Of a DNA stretch of 64,000 bases, positions 1 through 9,662 are shown in pieces (position 1 is the stretch's first letter; each line of letters starts with the position of its first letter). A program made the translations under genes and the position numbers. The notes beneath the pieces were generated by a model. The model saw nothing but the letters and a program-made list of their open reading frames with translations. It did not search any database and was not told the origin of the DNA. The DNA comes from Hyphochytrium catenoides (taxonomy: Eukaryota; Protista; Hyphochytriomycota): contig FLMG01002424.1 in NCBI GenBank assembly GCA_900088475.1, forward strand, positions 5,912 through 69,911. The letters are read 5' to 3'.

Positions 1-378
1 CAGCTTGTCCCTCAGAAGGTCAAGCCCAGGTCTTAAAGCTCATAATGGAGCAGGAGTAAGAGAGAGAAGGACAGGCAGAGCCCAGACAGCCAGCGACGAC
101 TAGGATGCACGGAAGAAGAATTCCATACTTTGTTACCCTTTTATTCTGAGAAGGTAGAGCTATAAGGACCATACATAGCATTGTTGACATCATAATTCAG
201 CGCTTCCTGGAGGGACTTTGTGGTTTGGATTCTGTTGCTGGCGCGCTCTCTCTCTCTCTTGCCCTTGTTTTTTCTCTTTTGAGAAGGCCAAAGAGGCTTG
301 ACGTTTATTTGGTCATGACGTTTGGTCAGAAGCAATCTTTGAGACGGCAATGTGAAGACATTGCGAACGGAGCACGCT

Positions 379-1420
379 CTACCTCCTAGCTTTGGAAAAG
401 ACTGTAGCAGAGGCCAGGAAAGCAGTGGAAATGGCCATGGCCACCGTAGCTCTGCTCCCTTCTTTTCGAATGCTACTAGTAGGAGGTAGGAGGATGGCAA
501 ACTCAGGCTTGCCACCTGGCAGGCCGCATACGGTCCTTCCGACATACATGTCTCTCGCCGCTTCATACCTTCTGTATGTAATCCGGACACTCCCCATTGA
601 CCAGCCGGCTCGCAGATGGATTAGCCGCGGCTGGAGGACGACAAGCAGTTGACCCTGAGGAGGGGTACGTTGCTACACCTTTCCTCACTGAGTGTGAGCC
701 CAGATCCTTGACTGCAAGACCACGCAGGCTAACCTAAGCTCTTCCGCCACCTCTTGGCGTTCCAAGAACCTTTGAAGTGCCTTCCGGAAGCCGGAAGCGA
801 TCATACTTGCAGCCACCTGGAAACTCTTATCTGATTTGAAGCCATAGGAAAGCATAACTATAGCCTGTAAATACCAAGCGCAACTGTCGCTCATATTGCT
901 GGGATTACTGGGCTGGCGTTGATGTGCCGCGGCTTCCGGGGGGGTCCTTCTCCGAACTGATCATTCTTCATCTGTGAGAAGATAATCCGCAAGAAGTCCT
1001 CGTGGAATGCCATAGTGTCAACGCAGACAGAGAACGCTTTGGCAGCTCCCGACATCAAGTTCCAGCCAACACTCAGGAAGGTTCACGCGGATAAGGGAAC
1101 GGAGGTCCTTTCCGACTTGCAGTTGGCATCTTCTGCATTATTGCCTGTGGCTGTTCGTCGCTTCAAGCCCCGGGTAGTAGTGGCTCTGTAGCTCTCGTTT
1201 CCAGCGTCCTGGACATCGTCTGGCCACCGTCACGGCTGGCAGAGATTGAAGAGTGCTGCCCTTTGGTGGCCGCTGTAAGTGGAGAAGCTGGGTCTGCTGC
1301 CATGCCATCCTTTCTCTTCAAGGACACAATCCCAAGTGATGAAGTCTCGCGCCGTCAAGTCATCACACTCCATAGATAGGAGAGAGCCGTGTCAACCATA
1401 GAGCGTGAAGATTCGCCTTG
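379..1420 (-). mobile_element. Degenerate Crypton-like (CryptonS-type) tyrosine recombinase transposon relic
   Basis: Stitching minus-strand frames gives, in order: SFSTYSGHQRAALFNL, GLKRRTA, FLSVGWNLMSGA, FHEDFLRIIFSQMKNDQFGEGP, ATVALGIY, KDLGSHSVRKGVATY (about 664-709, HxxR box), and HLRAGWSMGSVRITYRRYEAARDMYVGRTVCGLP..EFAILLPP (ORF 379-597, catalytic Tyr region). This motif order matches Crypton YRs. There are many stops and frameshifts, and the ends are approximate. Confidence 0.8.
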
Positions 1421-1466
1421 CCTCTCCTGCTCTGTCCGCTAGATACGCGCCTGCCACTTCACTCCT

Positions 1467-1494
1467 TCTAACCCTCTTCTAACCCTAACCCTAA
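1467..1494 (+). repeat. Short interstitial telomere-like (CCCTAA) tract
   Basis: ttctaaccctcttctaaccctaaccctaa; complement of TTAGGG repeats. Confidence 0.5.
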
Positions 1495-2429
1495 GGAAAA
1501 GCATTGCTGAGCAGATGTTTGCACAAACAGCCATTGAACAAATCTCAGGATGGAGTTAGTTCTATTATTGTAAAGGGGTCCCCGTGTTGGCCCTGATTGA
1601 GTTACCTCAACCTCGACCTCCCAAGTTGATAGGTCCATAGTAAAGCACAGAACAAGTACTGTATCTCGAAAGACCTTTTCTAACAGATGTAGGTGTGGGA
1701 AAGGTAATTAGGCCTCGATAGGGGGAGCAAGGCCTAAATATTTCTCACAAGGACAGATAGGCTGCTACACGAACTGAACCGGCTGCATTCGTTCTACCAG
1801 TATCCTTACTACTTTTATTTACTACTGTACGATGGGCGGAACGCATGTCCCACGTCCTACCAAACCTCTGTCCATTCTCCACCATTCCTAATTATTGGTT
1901 AATATCTGTCTGTGGTAATAACGCAAGCACCGTTTTGGACGTCCTATCCTACTCCTCCCAAAGGCCTAAAAGAGGCCTAATAAATATAACTGTTAAAATA
2001 ATAAAATGCGTTGGTCATTTCCTCTTTGTTATTGATGGGTTCGTCGACTACTAGAACTAGTTCTAGTCAGTGTCGTTTCTTCATTCTTCTCATCGTCTTC
2101 CCTGGCGCCCAAGCTCACTATTATTATAAGCAATAAGCTGCATAATAAGCCGCAAAAGAAAGACTTTTGAAGATTCTGTCTTCAATAATTATAAAGAGTA
2201 GTTCTACCTGCTGCTGCTTGCTGCTGGGCGGGAGACTGGAAGAGGGAGATGAAGCAACCTTCCCCAGGCACATTATTATCGCCAGAGTCCCAACGTCGGA
2301 CCGACCTTGCTTAGGATAGGAACTGACAGGAGCAGGAAAGGGCGCGCACGGGCTGCCGCATATCTCTTCGGAGGAGCTGTCACGCCGCCGCGCCGCACAG
2401 ACAGAGCGATCAAGAGAAGCTTACGAAGG

Positions 2430-3260
2430 ATGGACGGCATTCTAATCTTGGTTAGTCTTATCATCCTCCTGCTGCTGCTTCCTTTTATCTGCGTTGGCTT
2501 GGGAATGACCTTGAACTGGGGAGCGGACAACCCGCTCATCGCCAAGGGCAGCGCGGGCTTCCTCTGCGGCTGCATGCTCTCCTTCAGCATAAATCTGATA
2601 ATCTCCATAACAGAGACTGTGGACTTTTTAGGCGACAACTTCGTCACAACCCTTGGCTACATCTGTGGTCTCTACCTTCCTGGCTGCCTGGCGGCGGTAA
2701 TCGTTCGCTGGTATCACGACACATGGCTTGCGGCCACCGTGGTGCGTGCGGGACCAGGGTTTTTGTGGGGTTTCCTGATACTTTTAGTATTTGGCATAGC
2801 GGCTCTGGTGGCGAGCGCTGTCGGGGATGTGCCCTTGATATCAACTTATAGCTGGGGTCCGTTAGTGGTCTGGGCTTTGGCCATGGCGATCGCCTACTTG
2901 CGCGCCAGAAAAGGGTGCTGCCAGGAGGATCAGCAGGACGCTCAGCATCCGCACGCAGTAGAGCGTTCCGCCTGCCACCACTTTATCTATAGCATCTGCT
3001 GCTGGGGTGCTCTGATACTAGCCCTAACCACCTCCCTTCTCGCCAACTACGTTGTTGTGTCGATCGTGATCTCGTCCTCTGGTGAACTTGGCACTAGCTT
3101 CGTACCTTTAGCAGCTGGCGTCACCGCCGTCCTCCTGCTCTTCACTGCCGCTCTTGGCCGTTGTGGTTACCGCTCTCAATGCCGACGACTGGACAGGAAG
3201 TTAGAGTCTGAAGCCGCCGCTACGCCCTACTTTGTGATTGCACATGTAGAGGCTGTATAA
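2430..3260 (+). CDS. Orphan intronless multi-pass membrane protein (~276 aa, about 7 hydrophobic segments)
   Basis: Long open frame (ORF 2307-3260; first ATG at 2430, MDGILILVSL...) with alternating hydrophobic helices and short polar loops; no family recognised. Confidence 0.6.
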   Translation: MDGILILVSLIILLLLLPFICVGLGMTLNWGADNPLIAKGSAGFLCGCMLSFSINLIISITETVDFLGDNFVTTLGYICGLYLPGCLAAVIVRWYHDTWLAATVVRAGPGFLWGFLILLVFGIAALVASAVGDVPLISTYSWGPLVVWALAMAIAYLRARKGCCQEDQQDAQHPHAVERSACHHFIYSICCWGALILALTTSLLANYVVVSIVISSSGELGTSFVPLAAGVTAVLLLFTAALGRCGYRSQCRRLDRKLESEAAATPYFVIAHVEAV

Positions 3261-5168
3261 TCAGGCAGGTGAGCCCTAGATATAAGCAGCGATCGCTCTG
3301 GAATAATAGAAGAAAGATAGACTATATCACAATTAAGAGAGTTATCGGGGCCCTAAAAAGCCTGTTCGGTCGTTACACTCGTCGGTCGTTGCTGCGCGTC
3401 AATCGGGAACTCAAGGCCCACAAGGCGAAAAGCTCGCCGCAGCTGCGTCCAGCGCCTCCTCTGTTACTAGCCCTTCTTCCTCTGCCCAGGCCCCTCCGTC
3501 CGCCTTCTCTCCCACTTCCTCTGCTGCCCGCCTAGGGTCTGTCAAACTTGGATCCAGTAGCCCTGCCATCCTACATGGCACCGACGTGGATGGAGCTTTT
3601 CGCCGGCCCAATGTTAACCGCCAATCTCCCCGCTCTCTTCGGGTCCAGGGCGGTGCCACTTTTGGTTGCCCTCGCGCTCTCCCCTTTCTAAAAGACCATT
3701 CATCCGCCTCACCTAGTACACGCTGCGCTCATCGTTTGCAAGTGTAACAATCACGCTTCAGCATTGGCAGAACGTTCACAACTTCGAGGCTCTAAAAATC
3801 CTGTCCTTCTCTCCTTCCTATAACGACCTGGCCGTCAATTCTGACCCGTAGCTGTCTTCCAAGATCGTCAACATCATCGTGGCCACATTGCTTGTTGCCA
3901 GAATGCGGTGCTGGATCGGTCTCTCTCGGTGGACTTCTAATCCTTCGGCCTCTTCGTTAGTGTGTTGCTCTATCAGACCTTCCTGACGTCTCCTGTCCTA
4001 CTGGTTCTTTTTAGGGTTTCTCTCTCTCTTTGGCTGCTAAGTTTCCCTCCTCTTCCTCAACCCCCCGACGAGGCGACCCTCTCTCATTTCCACTTACCTG
4101 CTATCAAGCCGCAAGATCCCGTCCTATGGGCTTGGCCAGTGCGCGGATTGTTTTTTGGCTCCGTCCTTTCTACTTCCCTTCTTCCAATGCTTCTCTTCCT
4201 TGGTCTCATTACCTTCCTCTTCCCCAAGTTTGTTTTCCCTAGTCCGCACACTCCGGAGGGCCCAAAGCAGCGTTCTCGGCCGCTAGAAACACCAGTCGTT
4301 CAAATGGGCCCTAGATGATCACCTTTGATCGCTCGTGCGGTCTCTGTCAGCTTTGGTAATTCACCCACAAGCAAAGGCCTGGCTTCTGCCGGCTAAGTAG
4401 TGTCACGTTCTAACCTCCGGTGAGACTTCCAGCTGGCCGAGAAAGGCATCTTTGAGAACTGTTGATGTGCGCGCTCTGCACTGGTCGTACTCTTTCCTCT
4501 CTTTCTAGGTGGGGACCTTTTGTCAGACGACTCAAGAGGCGGATGGATGACGGCTGGGGGCCTGTAGGGGTGGCGAGGTGGCTGAGATCGTCCGCGCTCT
4601 GGCCTCAACATACGCCCGTGAGCCATGAGTTCATAAGAAGGAAGAGCTCAAGCGCTGTCTATTGCGCTGGTTGAGCTCTTCGTCCTAATCAGGGTCAGTA
4701 GCAAGGGTAACATGGTTAACGCTTAAATTATAATCATTCCATACAGTATCTTGTCTGGTCCGAAGTGGCGATGTGTGGAACCTGGGTTATATTGTAAATC
4801 ACTGTGCTATAGGGAACACAGTTAACCAGGGCTTCCGTGGGTTATCAACGCTTCAGGTTCAAGCTCTGCAACCTCAGCCGTGCGAGCTCATCAAGAGCTC
4901 CATCCTGGCGTCAGAAAGGAGAAGATCTGACAGATCTCTAAGTGAAAATATTTGAGATGCTGTGAGCTCTGAGCTCGGAGGATGTGCATCTGAGCAGCCT
5001 GGCAGTGCCAAGGGTGATGGTACCAGAGCTCACAAGGGATCCAAGAAGAATCAGCAGGCCAACGTCGCTCGACCGTCACGAAATCTTCCACGGCCCTAGG
5101 TCTTACAAGACGACTGATCCTAACCTACGCAGCACCGAAGGACAGAAGTAAGGAGTTGCAAGGCAGCT

Positions 5169-7170
5169 ATGACAAAGACAAAGAAGGTTGAGCGGTGCTC
5201 TCCCAACACTGAGCTCTCTTCCTCTACCTTTGGAGGCAAGGTTCTCTTTGCCACGGACGAATGGTTCGCAGACTCTAGCTCGCTTCTCTCTCCCTCAGAT
5301 CCCATCTTTCTCCCTGACAAGTACACAGAGTTTGGGAAGTGGATGGACGGCTGGGAGACGAGACGGAAGCGGATTCCTGGTCATGACTGGTGCATTATAC
5401 GCCTTGGGCTGCCAGGAGTGATCAGGGAAGTGAAGGTTGACACGGCCTTCTTCACTGGGAATCAGGCGCCAAGATTCTCTCTCCAGGTTGTCAGATTGTA
5501 GCACTTTCCTTTTCCGTCTCTCCCCTGTTGTCTCTTTCTCTTCTTTTCCGCCTACTTACCCCTCATCGTTTTTTACGGGCTTTCTCTTCACTAATCTTCT
5601 CTCTTTTTCTCTCTTCTCTCTCTTTCACTATCCCTTTCTCTCTCTCTCGGTCGCTGTTCCCTCCCCCCTCCCCCCCCCCGCCCCCTTAACCTTTCTTTTC
5701 CTCATCTCTCCCTGTACTTTCTTTGCTATATATAAGGCTGCAAGTCTACGATCGGACCCTGCCTCTCTCTCGTCGCTCCCTGTGGGGATCACCGGCACCG
5801 CTCCGTCCGCAGAGCACCTTAGGACTGCAGAAGGGGTCGGGAGCCAGCACTGGGAGGAAATAATCCCGATGACACGTAAAGCGCACACACACCCTCTCTC
5901 ATTTCCTCTCCGAGTTTCCTCTCTCTCCCCCTCTCTCCTTCTTTCGCTCTTCTCCCTGGCGGCTGCAGCGTTCCTTGATTGAACGATTACATCTTCTGCT
6001 TTATGATTGTCCTAAGGCTGTTTCTCTCCGCCTCCCCTTTGCCTTTCTTCCTCTGCTGAACACTAGAATCTGTCGGCCCTAGCCGTCTGTCTCTCTCTCT
6101 CTTTTGGTTCGCTTCGCTGTTCCTCTCTCTCACTTCTGTTTCTCTTGCCAATGCTTAGCACTACGCCCTGGCTACCCAGAGACGCGCCACCACACCTTCC
6201 GCGTCTCTTCCTCCTCCCGCTGGACTCATCTCCGATTTAACATTTACCCAGACGGAGGCGTCGCACGCGTCAGAGTGTACGGAGAAGTCTCAGTCGACTG
6301 GTCGTCTCTCTCTCTTTCTCTCCCAGTCGATCTCGCCTCTGCAGCTCTTGGAGGCGTGGCTCTTGCTTGTTCTAACAAACACTATGGAGAACCATCCAAC
6401 CTACTTCTACCTGGGAGAGGGAAAGATATGAGAGACGGATGGGAGACAGCCCGTCACCCCGACCGGCCGCCGGTTTTGAGAGAGAAAGAGAAAGGGCTGC
6501 TAGATGTCCCTGGAAGTGACTGGGCAGTCATCAGACTGGGAACTATTGGCAGCATTCATACTCTGGAGGTGATACTCTGTCTTCTTCTCTCTTCATCTTT
6601 CCTTCAGCCACCGCACTCTTCAAGTTTCTGCGGGCAGCATTCTACGCCTTTGATTCCTCTCTTCACTCATAGTTCTATCCTCTCTAGCAGTCTCCTTTGA
6701 AGGGCAAGGGTTGTGTCCTTGTCGTAGTAGCTCTTCCTTCGTTAGTTGCTCTTTTCTCTCCCTGGCAATCTCTCTCCCACTCATTGTTTCTCTTGTTCTT
6801 ATTACTAAGTCTCTCTCTCTCTCTCGCTTTCCTTGATGTGTTTTGGTTTCCTGCTTACTAGGTGGACACCATCCACTTCAGAGGGAATGCGCCTGAAAGC
6901 TGCAAGGTAGAGGCAGCTCTCGCTCTACCAGGAACAGAGAGAGAAGAAGATCTGCTGGAAGGAGAGGAAAAGATCAACAGAGGGCCATTGTGGCGAACTC
7001 TTCTCCCTCGCACCAAGCTGCTTCCCCACACTTCACAAACCTTTCTGTTAGAGAAAGGCGAGCTAGAGCCCATAGGAAACGTTAGTCATCTGCGCCTCAC
7101 GATGTACCCAGACGGGGGCATAAAGAGGCTTAGGGCATGCGGGTACAGAATGGCAGGGGCAAAGCTCTGA
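5169..7170 (+). CDS. ALLC: Allantoicase, 4 exons
   Basis: Exons 5169-5486, 5737-5875, 6159-6568 and 6862-7170, all GT-AG and in phase. Motifs [74 protein letters not shown] and [11 protein letters not shown] give two allantoicase repeats. Confidence 0.95.
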
Positions 7171-7678
7171 TGCAGTGGCGAGAAACAGAGCATGGAGAGA
7201 CAGAGAGAGTCATCAATAAGGAAGGCGACGAGCAGAAGGAGAAGAGGGTAGAAGAAGGGAGAGAGGACCACCGGCAAGCGAGAGAGAGAGAGAGAGAGAG
7301 AATAAAGCAGGAAAGAAGGTACCCCAAAGGAGCCTCACTCTCCATTCCTATTTACAGCCCACTTCATTATCGTACAAATCCGTATTATCCTTCCCAACTT
7401 CCGGGAGTCTCTCTCTTTTTCTTCCTCCTCTCTTAGTCTCCTCATCATACACTCTTCCCTTTCTGCTGGTTGGCCCGCCTTATAAGGCAACCTAACATGA
7501 ATGGACTACTCTGAGAGAAAGGACTGAGGGACCCGTGGCCGCCACTACGCTTGTCACTTTTCAGCTCTCTCTCGTTCCTGGAGAAGATGCGTCTTCACTC
7601 TCGTCTCGCTGGGTCACTCTCTCTGTTCCTTGAGTTGCTCTCTCCCTCTCTCTATGTCCCCGCCTATCTCTCCTGAGT

Positions 7679-8539
7679 CTAGATGCCAAGAAGCAATCGT
7701 TTCTCTTCCAAAGTAAAGTTCTCTGCTCCCTGTCTGATGCCCAAGATAAGGCAGTCCAGCTCCTCCTGTGTGCCCTGGAAGGTAGCCTCTCTTCGCACCT
7801 CTTCCAACTCTGTTCCAAAGTACTCGGCAATCATCGCTGTATAATGGCTTGGAAACTGCTCAGCCACGCGCTTCTCCTTTTCCTCTGTCTCTTTCTTTTC
7901 TGCTTCTCTCTTCTTCTCTCCGGAGGTGCGGAAGGATGTCAGCAGTCTGTTGACTTCATCTACTTCCTACATATAGGCAAGGGACAGGCGGAGAGAGACA
8001 GCTGAGCCTTCTTCCACTCTCTTACTCCTGACGTTTCTTCTCGTGCAGCAGGCTGTGTCTCTCTCTTTCCTCGCCTATCACTCAGCAGCATCGAGTTTTC
8101 TCTTACAGAATGCTCTTCTCCCTCTCTCTCTGCGTCTCTCCTGTCCCTCTGTTTGTCTCTCTCTCTCTGTGTGTTTCTGCGAATTTCTGATGCTTTGAAC
8201 TGTCTCCAGAGCGATGAAGCTCCTTTTCCTCGTTCTCTCTTCCTTCTCCCGCCTTTCCTTCTTTTCTCTGCCATTTACCTTAACGAGCTGTCCCCAGTCA
8301 TTTTCCTTCGGAGTTGATGACGAAGAAGAGGAAGAACGAAGACTTTCTTCGATCCTCTTCATCTCTCTCTCCGCTCTGTCCAACGCCTCTGTCTGTTCCT
8401 GGTTCTCGCGTAGCACGCGGGCAGCTCCTGGGAAAAGTGTCTCGAGCAGCTGTTCTTCATTCTCTTCTTCTCTCTCTTCTACCTTGTCTGGGGAGGCAGT
8501 AGCGTGACTCTTTCTTTTCTTCCCTTTGCCTTCCTTCAT
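7679..8539 (-). CDS. Protein with C-terminal Rsa3-like (ribosome assembly protein 3) domain, 2 exons
   Basis: Exon 8539-8279 (87 codons, donor GTAAAT) joins in phase 0 to exon 7966-7679 (acceptor tatgtag). The C-terminus EQFPSHYTAMIAEYFGTELEEVRREATF...LILGIRQGAENFTLEEK resembles the Rsa3 pattern F..YY..L.EEFG.DLD.LR...DF...LI.AL.QG...F..EEK. Confidence 0.7.
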
Positions 8540-8819
8540 AGTTCCTCTTTCTCTCTCTGTCTCTCTGTCTCTCTCTCTCGCTCTCTCTCTCTCGCTCTCT
8601 CTCTCCGTCTGGTCCTTTAGGCTTCTGTCTTCCTGAGCGGCTTGACACCTGTCTATAGACCCTTAGAAGGACCTTGAATAACCTAAAAGAAGCACTGCAC
8701 TGGTGCGCAGCCGCAAGAGGAGGAGGATGAAGCTCCTTGGTCACAGACAGATAGAGCAGCACAACATTGAAAACGTTTTGGTTGGCGATTTGGCGACCTA
8801 TGGAAGCAATACGAGAAAC

Positions 8820-8916
8820 AAGGAGAGAGAGAGAGGGAGGGCGAGAGAGAGAGAGAGACACAGAGACAGAGACAGAGAGAGAGAGGGGGAGAGAGAGAGN
8901 NNNNNNNNNNNNNGAC

Positions 8917-8956
<40 letters not shown>
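8820..8956 (+). repeat. (GA)n microsatellite spanning a small gap
   Basis: Direct reading of the sequence; N-run at 8900-8913. Confidence 0.9.
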
Positions 8957-8962
<6 letters not shown>

Positions 8963-9662
8963 AAAGCCAAACAGATCAGAACCCAAAGAACTGACAAAGT
9001 TCATACATAATCAATGGTGTTTCAAAATAGATTAATCCCTTCTTGACGGCGACGATAACCGCAGTTGAGGAGTTTAAAAGTGGCATTATTAACGATGCAG
9101 CTTGATTATATCCTGAATGAAAGGATATCGTGACAATGGAGGAGGCACAAGAGCAACAGAGATCATCGCACCTCTGAACTCTGTATCTGCCGCACTGCCC
9201 GTCAAAGTCCGGAATCAGCAGCAAGCAAGTGAAGATTTTTGAGCCTGTGGAGATCCCATCGCTTGATACTGGGGCTGCCTGGAGCTACGTCCACCCTCTC
9301 TCTTATCCTACCCTTAAGGGCCTAGAAGAAGCTAAGCGTCCTGGCCTTTACAGCTGCCTATAACCTCAATCCATTTTCGTCGTAAGCTGTCGAGGCGTAA
9401 TGGCCGCTCATGCTAGGCGCTCAGGGACAGCTCGACCACAGCCGGCAATAAGCAACTATTGAAGCCTCTCAATGGCCGTGGCCGTGTAGTGTATCCTAAA
9501 GCAACGCAAAGAGCGGACGGGACAGGGGTAGACTGGAGATCTGTGTGCTGCCCCGTCTTTGGAACTCTGATGCTCTTCAGTCATCGCTAGCTAGTACTTG
9601 TGAGGTCTGATGCCGACCCAGTCGGCGAGGAGGACTCCACCTTCAGGACCGAGTCAGTGGCC

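Noticed and set aside
3400-4400. Possible second (DIRS-type) tyrosine recombinase relic (QDPVLWAWPVRGL resembles DPxLCPVRAL)
   Set aside because: No HxxR or catalytic Tyr box could be assembled; the similarity is too short to support.
8457-9035. ORFs rich in RE/SL dipeptides (also at about 16700-17500, 39900-40350 and 44090-45400)
   Set aside because: These are translations of (GA)n/(CT)n microsatellites, not genes.
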